Positions 11,963 to 24,405 of a stretch of 64,000 bases of DNA are shown piece by piece. Position numbers and translations under genes: made by a program. Positions within the stretch are counted from its first letter, which is position 1; every line of letters begins with the position of its first letter. The DNA lies in the NCBI GenBank assembly GCA_951406725.2, contig OX597819.1, positions 49,724,001-49,788,000 of the forward strand, written 5' to 3'. This DNA comes from Octopus vulgaris. Its lineage: Eukaryota. A model generated the notes under the pieces. It was given only the letters and a program-made list of their open reading frames with translations, did no database searches and was not told where the DNA came from.

Positions 11963-12287
11963 GTGAAGGCGTGTGGCTTAGAGGTTAGGACATTCGGCTC
12001 ATAATCGTAGGGTTGTGAGTTCGATTCCCAGTGACGCGTTGTGTCCTTGAGCAAGACACTTTATTTCATGTTGCTCCTGTTCACTCAGCTGGCAAAAATG
12101 AGTAGTACTTGTATTTCAAAGGGCCAGCCTTGTCACAATCTGTGTCACGCTAAATCTCCCCGAGAACTACGTTAAGGGTACACGTGCCTGTGGAATGCTC
12201 AGTCGCTTGCACGTTAATTTCACGAGCAGGCTGTTCTGTTGATCAGATCAGCTGGAACACTCGTCGTCGTAACCGACGGAGTGACAC
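11963..12287 (+). mobile_element. Family-C tRNA-SINE with TSD
   Basis: A box TGGCTTAGAGG, B box GAGTTCGATTCC, central TTGTGTCCTTGAGCAAGACACTTTA..CACTCAGCTGG..AATGAGTA; 10-bp TSD TTTGACACAA (11953-11962 / 12288-12297). Confidence 0.85.
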
Positions 12288-12352
12288 TTTGACACAAAAT
12301 TAGTTGCTTTGTAAGATAGGTGTTTTGTCGACAGAATCCGTTATAGTATGTT

Positions 12353-12586
12353 AAGGCGGTGAGCTGGCAGAAACGTTAGCGCGCCGGGCGAAATGCTTAG
12401 CGATATTTCGTATGCTGTTACGTTCTGAGTTCAAATTCCGCCGAGGTCGACTTTGCCTTTCGTCCTTTCGGAGTCGATAAATTAAGTACTAGTTACACAC
12501 TGGGGGTCGATCTAATCGACTTAATCCCTTTGTCTGTCCTTGTTTGTCCCCTCTATGTTTAGCCCCTTGTGGGCAATAAAGAAATA
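12353..12586 (+). mobile_element. Family-A tRNA-SINE, full length, 20-bp TSD
   Basis: TSD AGAATCCGTTATAG(T/C)ATGTT at 12333-12352 and 12587-12606. Confidence 0.92.
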
Positions 12587-12910
12587 AGAATCCGTTATAG
12601 CATGTTGGGAATAATTTACATTGATATTGAAACAGTATATATGTTTGGAAAATGTGATTGCTAGTTGTAATAATTCTACAATAGATGAAAAATACCCATT
12701 GAAGAGAGAGGGGGAGGGGATGGAAAGATAGAATGTGTGTGTGTGTGCGCGCGCGCGCGTGTGTATGTATTATGGAATGATTTGACTGTTAGCACCCCAA
12801 CGGAATAACCCTCTTCCCATACGAGGGACGCTGATCCCTAACCCTAACCCTAATCTGGGACGCGACGTGCTGCGACACGTTCTCCGGCCCCAACCTTGTT
12901 GCATCGGTTG

Positions 12911-13143
12911 AAGGCGGCGAGCTGGCAGAATCGTTAGCACGCCGGACGGAATGCTTAGCGGTATTTCGTCTGTCTTCACATTCTGAGTTCAAATTCCGCC
13001 GAGGTCGACTTTGCCTTTCATCCTTTCGGGGTCGATTAAATAAGTACCAGTTACGCACTGGGGTCGATATAATCGACTTAATCCGTTTGTCTGTCCTTGT
13101 TTGTCCTCTCTGCGTTTAGCCTCTTGTAGGTAGTAAAGAAATA
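12911..13143 (+). mobile_element. Family-A tRNA-SINE, full length, inserted in a GC-rich repeat carrying (CCCTAA)3
   Basis: Consensus-like copy; GGTTG duplicated on both sides. Confidence 0.9.
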
Positions 13144-13928
13144 GGTTGCAAACCCCGGTATCGTCGCTGGTAACGCAGAGAAAAGAAAATCAAATACCAC
13201 TACTGTTTTTCTCCGCAAAATCGGGATAACAGCGGCCGTCTGAAAAATGACCTCCGCTGTTGCAGCGAGTGTCGCTGGTCATTTTGCGCGGCAACGCCAT
13301 CATAGTCATGATATGTAGTGCTTGAGAGAAGGGAATTGTCATCATCGTAGTCATGATTTATTTTGGGATGTGCGACCTGCTGCTGCTCTCTCTCTCCCTC
13401 CCTCCATCTGCAGCTTAATCTCCCCATCATTTTTTCTTCTTTTCCTCTCTCTTTGTTTCCTTGTAATTGAATAGGTATGTTATTTACAATCCTGAAGTGA
13501 TAATACTACATGGGTAAGATTTGACCCTCCATGCTCACGCCACCTGCATTGTTGTTAGTGGAGGACGCAGAAGACCAGCATTGTTGAAGGTGGTGTTTAG
13601 CCACAGGTCAACCTTGACTGAGCAGACTTATGAACAAAGGTCCTCCAGTCATGACTATTCCCTTCTCTCAAACACTACATATCTACGATTATATTTTTCA
13701 ATGTCTCCATAGTAAGGTGTAATTTAGGGGAAATTGGCTGTGATTTCTAGCAGGTCATGTGAACACGTAGGGTTAATAGTTAAACTGCCAAGTAGATAGG
13801 AAGTAAGTTCAGATCCATCGCTAGCGTTTTCGTAGTGTTTACGAGCAAACCTTTTATACTGCATTGATCTTACATTATTTACAATTATTTATATTTGACA
13901 GATATTTGTCCTCATCTTCTTTGTTGTT

Positions 13929-13974
13929 AACACAACGTTTCGGCTGATATACCCTCCAGCCATCTTCAGGTGTC
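13929..13974 (-). ncRNA. Minimal type I hammerhead ribozyme motif
   Basis: Minus strand GACAC-CTGAAGA-T-GGCTG-gagggtatat-CAGCC-GAAAC-GTT-GTGTT: stem I GACAC/GTGTT, 5-bp stem II, loopless palindromic stem III AACGTT. Confidence 0.7.
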
Positions 13975-14020
13975 TTGGGGAAATTTCGAACCTGGGTTCT
14001 CATTCCTAAGGTATTTTCGA

Positions 14021-14075
<55 letters not shown>

Positions 14076-14257
14076 GTTGTTGTTGTTGTTATTTTCAGGT
14101 AACTGCTTGGAATCGGACTCGGAATCTTGAGGTTAGTAGCCCGCGCTCTTAACCACGACGCCATATGCCCACGGGCATATGGCGTAATAATAATAATAAA
14201 AACAACAACATCGAAAAATACCTTAGGAATGAGAACCCAGGTTCGAAATTTTCCCAA

Positions 14258-14303
14258 GACACCTGAAGAAGGCTGGAAGGTATAACAGCCGAAACGTTGG
14301 GTT
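14258..14303 (+). ncRNA. Minimal type I hammerhead ribozyme motif (right arm)
   Basis: GACAC-CTGAAGA-A-GGCTG-gaaggtataa-CAGCC-GAAAC-GTT-GGGTT. Confidence 0.65.
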
Positions 14304-14489
14304 AACAACAAACAAGATAAGGACAAATATCCGTCGAATGTAAATAATGTACATAATTCCTATCTCTTAAATATAGAACTGCATTGATCTTAGTTCACTA
14401 AAGATTTAGAGGTATTTTCAGACTCATCTTCATCATCATCATCAAAATCTCTTAACTGATGCAGCCAGTCTTGAGGTGACACTCTAGAC

Positions 14490-15425
14490 GCTTTTGAAGT
14501 CAAGTGCAACTTAATATGGCACGATTAGCAGGAAGGAGAGACAGAAACTGGTACAGGAGTGGGTATGAACATCAATGAAAGACAAATAGGCAAATAGAGT
14601 GGAGGTGATGCATAAATAAGGGTACCTGGATCGAAGTCGGTGCAGGTGATGAAGCAGAATGTCACTTCGTACGATATCTAGAAGTGGAACTTGCGGAGTA
14701 TCAAGTTCTTGATCTAGAAGTGTATGGTGTTCTATCCAGCGCATCTAACTTACTTACATGGGGCTCACAAAAAACCCTTGCATGCTCCCCGTATTCTGAG
14801 ACAGGGACCCGTCGAGCACATCTTAAGTAGTGGTTTTAAGGTACTATCGCTGGAGACACGATCAGGTCCTCGAGACCATCACTGAGGCCATCAACAAGGA
14901 TGGGGTTCAGTAGAAATAAAAATGCATGTACCACGATTAGAAAGATAGCCACTGTTATAGAGAAGGGATGAGGGCAAAGAAAATTCCCAAGAATAGATTG
15001 AGAGTTGTCTTCCCATAGTACAAGACGTGATGATGGAAGTTAAAATTACAGCAGATATTACCTTGGTTTCCAAGACAGCAAGGCAATAATCCTACTGGAG
15101 TTGCCTGTGCCCTGGGAGGACAGGACGAAGATTATGCAAGACAGGAAGAAACTCAAGTTTCAGAATTTGGTGCAGAACGAGGTTAGCAATCAAGGCTTTA
15201 GGATCGTACTCTTGGCTTTACAGGAGGAAGCTGAAGGTCCATGAAGAACGAAGTACAAGCTGAAAAGAGGTGATTGGTGGGATCTGTAGAATGCTGCATG
15301 GACACAGGCTTAGATTTGGTGAGGCTCAGTCGGTTCGCCTGGCTGGATAAAGGTGTTTAGTGTCAGATTGGACACATCCAGTGACCCCACGATACAAACT
15401 GACCATGTAGCCAAACGTTGCATTT
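14490..15425 (+). mobile_element. HERO-like (RLE-type) non-LTR retrotransposon 3' remnant
   Basis: Frameshifted translations RKERQKLVQE, SIKFLI..VYGVLSSASNLLTWG, VEHILSS, RYYRWRHDQVLETITEAI, DITLVSK..ILLELPVPWED..RKKLKFQNLV, matching recalled HERO-clade motifs. Confidence 0.65.
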
Positions 15426-15638
15426 GTAGATGTACGTTGAAATAACATGTGTGTGTGCACGCGGGGATAGCATATCTATAGTAAACTCACATACATATAT
15501 GTATACACACATGCATGCATATATATACACGTACATATATAAACATGTATACATACATATATATATATATATATATATTTGTATACACACACACGTATGT
15601 ATATACAGATGTGCGTATGTATGTGTGGGTTTGTATGC

Positions 15639-15676
<38 letters not shown>

Positions 15677-15967
15677 ATAAATATATAAATATAACGTACA
15701 TATATGCACACATATACTCAGACAATCGCATACACATATACAATTACATATAACGTATTTAATCTCTATGTGTCATGTTGACGGAATATTAATCGGCGGT
15801 AACCCGACCACCTGTCCGTCTAACTGTCCGGCTTTCTCTTTCTCTCCACCTCACACACACACTCCTCTTTCTATACATACCTACATACATACATACATAC
15901 ATACACATACATACATACATACATGCATAATTACATATAGATAGATACATGCATGCATACATATAGA

Positions 15968-16016
<49 letters not shown>

Positions 16017-16486
16017 TATAGAGGTATGTACACAAGCATATTCCCACAATATACTAACCGCAAAGCAGAGACCATCTGGAAGCTGTTGTACAGTTTTTTT
16101 AAATGTGACTGATGAATGTACACAGTGTCATATATCTCCTAACAAAATACATAAATGTATTCCTTCATTGAATATTTATTTTCAAAAACAGCTGTTTCCT
16201 TTAGGAAATTGTATTCTTTTGTTCTTTTATTCTCTCGCTGGTTTCAATCATTGGACTGCTGCCGCGCGGGAGCACCGCCTGAAGTGCTTTTAGTTGACCA
16301 TATCGATCCCAGCAATTATTACAGTCTAGTAGTTAAGCTTGTCGATCAATGTTTAGGGAATGTCTCAATAAGTTACGGTATACAAAGAGAGAGCTAATGT
16401 GTTTAAAATCGTTTATCATTCTTTTTTTTTTCTTTCATCGTGTTTAACAGATGAAAACAGAGACACAGACATTATATGTGTGTTTG

Positions 16487-17080
<594 letters not shown>

Positions 17081-17084
17081 CGAC

Positions 17085-17211
17085 GTTAGTATTCATTCTA
17101 TCGAACCACTAAGTTACAGCGAAGTAATCACACCAATATCAGTTCTTGAGCGGCGGTGGGGCGGGGTGAGGGGAAAATACAGACCGCAAAAATACACACA
17201 TACACGCATAC

Positions 17212-17265
<54 letters not shown>

Positions 17266-17428
17266 CGAGCTTCTTTCAGTTTCGTCTACACAAAATTCAG
17301 TGGAGGCTTTGCTTAGTCCGAGGCTATAGTAGAAAACACTTGCCGAAGTTACCACGCAGTGGGACCGAACCCGGAACCATGTGGTTGGGAAGTACACCTC
17401 TTACCACATAGCTACGTTTGCGCTTATA
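17085..17428 (-). mobile_element. Family-B SINE (head, core and part of tail)
   Basis: CTTCTTTCAGTTTCGTCTAC..GAGGCTATAGTAGAAAACACTTGCC..GAACCCGGAACCATGTGG. Confidence 0.8.
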
Positions 17429-17559
17429 TATATGCGGAGAGAGAGTGAGAGAGAGAGAGAGAGACATTGATAAAGTTTGGGTTCATTGATCATTTTACTC
17501 TCATTTTCCATATTACTTCACTAGTTATGGTGTGGTCTTGATTTGTAATTATACAAGCG

Positions 17560-17618
<59 letters not shown>

Positions 17619-17906
17619 GTGGGTACATATGTAAGTGAACACATACGCATACGTACATAACTACCCAGAGTAACGTAAGAACGCCGACACAAACACACTT
17701 ATGCGTATATTTGCAGTGAACGAAGCAACAGACGAGAAATTTTCCTCACGTGATCAGGAACATCTAATGGGATCTTATCTAACCTGTGATCAGTGAGAAA
17801 CCGATTTTCAAGCCGAACGCGACCAAAGCTTCAGTCAGCACGAACATCTACTTCCGTGCTTTACAAAAGTAAGTATTGGATAAGCAAGTCATTAGCTAAG
17901 TATCTA

Positions 17907-17976
<70 letters not shown>

Positions 17977-17977
<1 letters not shown>

Positions 17978-18091
17978 CAAGAGCGTTCTGAAAGGTTTTT
18001 GATCCCGGCTATGCATGACAGCAGAAGCAATACATTTTTATTTGATTCTTATTTCAAGGCCCGGCTCAAAATATTTGAGACACCTTTTGTA
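17977..18091. mobile_element. Possible tiny mariner-like MITE
   Basis: Degenerate inverted ends CAAGAGCGTTCTGAAAGGTTTTTGATCC / GGCTCAAAATATTTGAGACACCTTTTGTA. Confidence 0.3.
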
Positions 18092-18158
18092 TATATGTGC
18101 GTATACGTGAGTGTATGTGTATGTATGTATGTATGTATGTATGTATGTATGTATGTAT

Positions 18159-18692
18159 GAAGCTATTGACCGTGGCAGGTGGAGAAGGATTGTGCACGAG
18201 GGGACAGCTACTTTTGACAAATCTCGAGTTGTGCATGAGAAAGTAAGGAGGGATGTCAGGAAGGGCATCGCTGTTGCACTTCCAGATGGTAAGGGTCTTC
18301 CTATGATGCTGACATGCAGTGTTTGTGCAAGACCCTGCCTCAGTAAAGCTTGACTCAATAGTCATCTTCGTAGTCGTAAAGCGACACAGATTATTGACAA
18401 CCTGGCCACTGGTGGTGGTGCTACACACCATACTAATCATATCTGTCAGGCATGTAGAAAGGGAGTGTAATTCGGCAGGAGGACTTAAACGACATGCAAA
18501 GGTACAAAAAAGCCCAGTTACAACTACAGCTGGCTATTGCCGGTAAAGGTTTTAGCTGCCAATTCTGTACAAGACATTGTAGATCTTTAGCTGGGCTAAA
18601 AAGTCACGATCGATCACAGCACCGATAACAGTTAAGCCTCGTGCAATGGCCATACACGATAACGAGGGGGCAGCCACTGTGTATGTATGCGT
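18159..18692 (+). mobile_element. RTE-like LINE 3' end with three C2H2-like zinc fingers, in a (TGTA)n tract
   Basis: EAIDRGRWRRIVHEG (RTE C-terminal motif), CSVCARPCLSKA*LNSHLRS, CQAC..CNSAGGLKRH (frameshifted), C.FCTRHCRSLAGLKSHDRS; 3'UTR shared with 28756-28900. Confidence 0.7.
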
Positions 18693-18721
18693 GTATGTGT
18701 GTGCGTATTCGTCTATATAAA

Positions 18722-18923
18722 CCGGCGAGCTGGCAGAAACGGTATTTCGTCTGTCGTTACGTTCTGAGTTCAAATTCCGCCGAATTAAACTTTGCCTTTC
18801 ATCCTTTAGGGGTCGATAAATAAAGTACCAGTTACACACTGGGGTCGATGTAATCGACTTAATCCGTTTGTCTGCCCTTGTTTGTCCCCTCTATGTTTAG
18901 CCCCTTGTGGGCAATAAAGAAAT
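18722..18923 (+). mobile_element. Family-A tRNA-SINE (internal deletion)
   Basis: GGCGAGCTGGCAGAAAC..GCCCCTTGTGGGCAATAAAGAAATA; ATATAAACCG repeated on both flanks. Confidence 0.85.
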
Positions 18924-19145
18924 ATATATAAACCGTCACATTTCATATATGTGTTGTAGGCACACATACAAGATGTGATGATCATTTTAATTAGTGTTGA
19001 AACTACATTAAAGTTACATTGTTGTTAAATACTCGGCCTTCAAAAAACAGAAACCACGAAACTAATCTTTATGGTCTAAAAACAAAAAGAAAAGAAAAGG
19101 TACGTCAGGCAATATTAATAAAGTGCCGTGATTTTTCACCAGGGC

Positions 19146-20110
19146 TGTAGCGATATCTTAGAGTGTTTAGTGGGTCTCGAAGATTCATTATATCTGCGGA
19201 GTATTTCCTTCTCCCTTTACAATTATTTTCTGTAGTCTTAGGATCTGGAACTTGAAAGAAGAAGCTTACAAGCGGATGCAATTCAATGGTTGTTTATTTA
19301 GTTCTCATTCATGGGGTTCGCTCCCGGCGACTATCTGTATGTCAGCGCGTAGTCCGTTATAGCTCCGTTCACATGAGGTACTTCTGGAGATAATGGGTGA
19401 AGTTAGAGCAGGACAAGAATCTGCTGTGAGCTGCCAGTTTGCCGTGTTGCTCAGCGTGAGCGCGAACGCAAGAGAGAGAGAATCACTTTAATACGCCTCC
19501 TTAAATGGATGTTGCCCACGAGAGCGTCGCTGTGGTCTCGCACATGGCAAACATAGTTGTAGGCGAGATCTCGCTCTTGTCTCAGACATGGTAATGGCTG
19601 TCGGCGAGATCTCGCACAAAATGGCTCCGGTTTCTAGTGTCACGCTACAGGGGCTCTCCCCCTTGAGAACGCTAGTGCAAAATTAGAATGACTGGAGCAG
19701 GCACAAGAAAGCAAAGATGGACACCGATCACAAACAACAAGATGTGCAACAAAATATAATACAAAATGTGAAATTGAGAAAAATAATCACAAGCAATATA
19801 AAAGGAGCACAAAATATTATTCTTACAAAGTTCAATGGCAAGGCTTTGGTATTGCTTAGCACACGAAAAAACAATTGTCTGCCATAGGAAGAAAAGAGAA
19901 AAAAAAAAGATTAGATGTAAATAGTTCTGGTGAGTTATTTGGGCCAATGCACAGTGCGGCCTGTCCTGGTGACATAGGGTTTGTTCGTGTTAGGTAGTGG
20001 CGACGAAGGTGGAGGTGTAGGTGATGGTGTGGTCAAAGGACCATGTGCAGGTGGATGTGTAGGTGGTTGTAAAGGAACAAAAGTGGGCGTGGCTGGTGTG
20101 TCATAGAACA
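19146..20110 (-). mobile_element. Gypsy-type LTR retrotransposon 3' remnant: integrase tail, PPT and 504-bp 3' LTR (19146-19649)
   Basis: LTR termini TGTAGCG..CGCTACA; minus-strand PPT AAGGGGGAGAGCCCC abutting the LTR; AATAAA on minus at ~19294; Pro-rich tail ending PYVTRTGRTVHWPK* (TRSGR motif of Gypsy integrase ends) at ~19935-19980. Confidence 0.7.
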
Positions 20111-20923
20111 CACATCTTGCATTAATGGAATAAAATAAGGATATCGCGTGCTTTAAGCGTAGAAAAATGACGTGACGGATTCATAGAAGCAATTGCAACC
20201 ATATCTCAATATACAATGATACATTGAATGTCAAGCATAGAGTATCCTTGATCATAGATCTACTCAGTCTGAACCAACCTGAGGTTAAACAATAACAGTA
20301 GAGTTAGGTGAGTAGAATTAGAGAAATTTTATTGCTTATTAATGAACACAGAGGTGGAGAAAGTAAGGAAAAACTGTACCTTTGGGCTATTTGATCTATA
20401 CAATTTGATACCTAGGGAGATTTGCTATATATTTTAAACACTAACGTAAACCAGTCAATTTATATACAGGATGTCCAGCAAGGAAGCTGTAATTTAAACA
20501 CGATTTATGTTCGAAAACTCGATAGTCTTGGTTCGGGTAGAAATAGTAAAGAAGACTTGTTTAAGTTTCGTTACATGTTTGACGAACGAGATTAGAAAAT
20601 GTGCATAAATACACGCATGCACGTACATACACACAGAAAGAGGTAGAGAGAGAGAGAGAGAGAAGGAGGGAGGGAGAGAGAGAGAAGGAGGAAGGGAGAG
20701 AGAGAGAGAGAGGCACGTACACATATGCAATAGGAAGAATTCTGTGCGAGGGTCTGTTCCTGCATGTTTACAGACACGTTGCTTCCAATGTCTTTAAATG
20801 GTTTGTGTGAAAGTGTGTGCGCGCACGTGCACGTGCGTAGCTTATAAATCAGTCGTTATGTATTTAAACTGTGCGAATGTGTGCACGCGCGTTCGCATTA
20901 ATTTACATATGTAAATAAAATGC

Positions 20924-20959
<36 letters not shown>

Positions 20960-21222
20960 CTGCATTCACGCGTCCATTTTTATCTCTTTATTATGTCTGT
21001 ATAGAAATATACATCATTAAAATTGTATTTATCGTATTGAGACATGCGTGGGTATGTCTATGTGGAACACGTGTGTGAATGGTATGATGATATATCTATC
21101 TATTGTCTGTTGACAGCAGTGCTCATTTGAATGAGTGTATGTGTATGTGTGTATATATATAAACATACATATGTCTAATACATACATATATATATATATA
21201 TGTTTGTTATCTTACCGTTTAA

Positions 21223-21281
<59 letters not shown>

Positions 21282-21539
21282 ATATGTATATATATATGTA
21301 TATAATTGCCGTGAGAAATTATATTATGCAGAAAGAGGTTGCATTCGAGTAGCCCTTGGACAAAGGTGTCTAAACTCAGCAGATTCCTTCTCGGATCTCC
21401 AGGCCATCTTTGGATCCCTGGGCTTCGGATTGATACATCGGCTGATCACCGTGCTCCGGATTGATGCATCGGCTGATCACCCTCTTATAAGTCCGTTATA
21501 TGTAGCGTGTATACACACACACACACGCGCGCGCGCGCG

Positions 21540-21647
<108 letters not shown>

Positions 21648-21904
21648 GTACATAGAACAAATATACGAGCTAGTAATAGGTTCTTGCTCGGAGACGCGGG
21701 TCTAGGCAGGTTTTTATAACACGTCTTGTATCTCTAAGCAATCTTTGAGCTCTGAGCAAGTGGTCTATGGAATTTGCTACTCAGGACGTTGATACAAGAG
21801 CAATCAAGAGTAAAAGTAGGAGAATGTAGATGCAAAAAGCGGAAGTATATATTGGTTCTTTTCTGTAAGCATTCTCCATTTTTCTTGCATTAAAGGGTTT
21901 TTAC

Positions 21905-22812
21905 TCACAGAAATTGAACCCAGGACCTATTCTTTGTAAGCCTAGTGTTTCTTCTATCGGTCTCTTGCCGAATCGCTAATTTATGGGCATGGAAACACGC
22001 CAACATCGGTGTTCCAGCGATGGTTGGGGAACAGACACAAAGACACACACACACACATGCACATATATATACACACACATGTGGTTTCTTTCAGTTTCCG
22101 TCTACCATATCGACTCACGAAGCTTTGGTCGGCCCGAGGCCATAGTAGAAGACACTTGCCCAAGTTACCACGCAGTGGAACTGAACCCGGAACCATGTTG
22201 GTGGGAAGCAAGCTTCTTACCACGCAGCCATGCCTGCACTTCTTTACTCTTACTCCTTTTACTTGTTTCAGTCATTTGACTGCGGCCATTCTGGAGCACC
22301 GCCTTTAATCGAGCAACTCGACCTCGGGACTTATTCTTTGTAAGCCCAGTACTTATTCTATCGGTCTCTTTTGCCAAACCGCTAAGTGACGGGGACATAA
22401 AAACACCAGCATCGATTGTCAGGCAATGCTAGGGGGACTAACATAGACACACATACATACACGCACATATATATATACGACAGGCTTCTTTCAGTTTCCG
22501 TCTACCAAATCCACTCACAAGGCTTTGGTCGGCCCGAAGCTATAGTAAAAGACACTTGCCCAAGCTGCCATGCAGTGGGACTGAACCCGGAACCATGTGG
22601 TTGGTAAACAAGATTCTTACCACGCAGCCATGCCTGCACCTATGTAAATAATATATACAACGTGCTTCTTTCAGTTACCGTCCACCAAATCTACGTACAA
22701 AGCTTTGGTCCGCCCGAGGCTGTAGTTGAATACAAGGTGCAACATACTGCGACTGAACCCGGAACCACGTGGCTGGGAAGCAAGCTTTTTTACCACGCAG
22801 CCACGCCTGAGC
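21905..22812 (-). mobile_element. Three tandem family-B SINE copies
   Basis: Repeated heads ending ..CTTACCACGCAGCCA(T/C)GCCTG at ~22235, ~22637 and ~22809. Confidence 0.88.
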
Positions 22813-22835
22813 TTAGGTATGTAGGTAAAAGTAAT

Positions 22836-22985
<150 letters not shown>

Positions 22986-23539
22986 TGTACGTCTGTGTGA
23001 TGTATGTGTGTATGTATTGTGCAAGTGTTTGTAGATTGCTTTGTTTAAACGCAGGCAAAGCAAACCACTCCTTAAACACATGGCGAAAAGAGAAAAAAAA
23101 AACTTTTAAATAGTCTTGTCTGTCCATTTTATCGACTTGTTGACCAAAGTGATTGATAACTTGGTCGCCTGTCAACTACACTAAACCACAAAACAACTAA
23201 GTTCTGAGTGGGGAGATTAAGTAATTATTTCAGAACTGACGGGGAGAAAGGAGGAGAGAAAGGGGGTGGGGGCGGTGGGGTGGCTTAATGTATGTGGGTG
23301 GGTGGGCGGGGATGAATATGTGCCTGTGTGTGTGTGGTGGGGGGGGAGATGGTGTTGGTGGAGATAGAGATGGGTGGGTGGTGGTAGTAGTGGTGGTGGA
23401 AGAAGTGTCGAGAAAGATGTTTGGAGATGTGGAAGAAAAGAATGCATGATGAACAGAGAAATAGTCACGGGATGCAAGGTACAACAAAGAAATCTTCAAG
23501 ACAAGGAAAAAAGAGAGAAATTGATTATACACACATACA

Positions 23540-23597
<58 letters not shown>

Positions 23598-23739
23598 CAT
23601 GCACAACCATTTACATACACACACACGTATATATATATATATATATATACACCATGTACATACATATATGTATTCACATATGTAATTACATACACACACA
23701 TATGCGCACATATATATGTATGTATGTTTGGAAGCATGC

Positions 23740-23772
<33 letters not shown>

Positions 23773-24182
23773 TGATTCGGTTTGGCAAGACATAAAGAGA
23801 TAATTAATCTATCAGAAAATTAATTGATGAAACGGCAAATCAAATAATTGGATAAATAATTAAATAAATAGGTAAATAAATGACTAAATTGTAGGAATGG
23901 ATAAAGGAAAGAAAGTATGGTGGCATAAACAGCAACAACAAAAGTGTTAGCAACAACAGCTTCCACAACAGTGTTAGCATTAGCAACGGTGCAACAGCAA
24001 CAACATCAGTCGCAAAACGTTTAAGAACAAAGAAAGCGATTGCCACACCCACTAGGTGACAACAACAACTGCAACGGTTGAACGACGTGAAACGAGAAAT
24101 GGTTCGATTCATATCTGGCTGTCTTACAAAAAAAAAAAAAAAAAAAGAATACAAAGCAAAACAGGAACACTAAGAGTAATTA

Positions 24183-24335
24183 TAGGCGCAGGTGTGGCTG
24201 CGTGCTAGGTACTTTGGTTCCCAGCCACATGGTTCTGATTTCAGTCCCACAGCGTGGCAAGTGTCTTCTGCTATAGCCTTGAACGACCAAAGCCTTGTGA
24301 GTGGATTTGGTTGATGGAAACAGAAAGAACCTCAT
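24183..24335 (+). mobile_element. Family-B SINE head and core
   Basis: TAGGCGCAGGTGTGGCTG..GGCAAGTGTCTTCTGCTATAGCC..GGAAACAGAAAGAA followed by a microsatellite. Confidence 0.85.
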
Positions 24336-24374
24336 CACACACACACACATACATACATACATACATATATATAC

Positions 24375-24404
<30 letters not shown>

Positions 24405-24405
<1 letters not shown>

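Larger units (their letters stand above)
13873..14377. mobile_element. Palindromic tRNA-headed, HHR-bearing non-autonomous element, copy 2
   Basis: Inverted arms ~13885-14030 and ~14205-14347; central hairpin ACGCCATATGCCC-AC-GGGCATATGGCGT (14158-14185); 15-bp direct repeat ACTGCATTGATCTTA (13858-13872 / 14378-14392). Confidence 0.85.

Noticed and set aside
14095-14170. Functional tRNA gene
   Set aside because: No proper acceptor stem, degenerate B box, and embedded in a repeated element; it is a SINE-type head. The same applies to family A/B/C heads.
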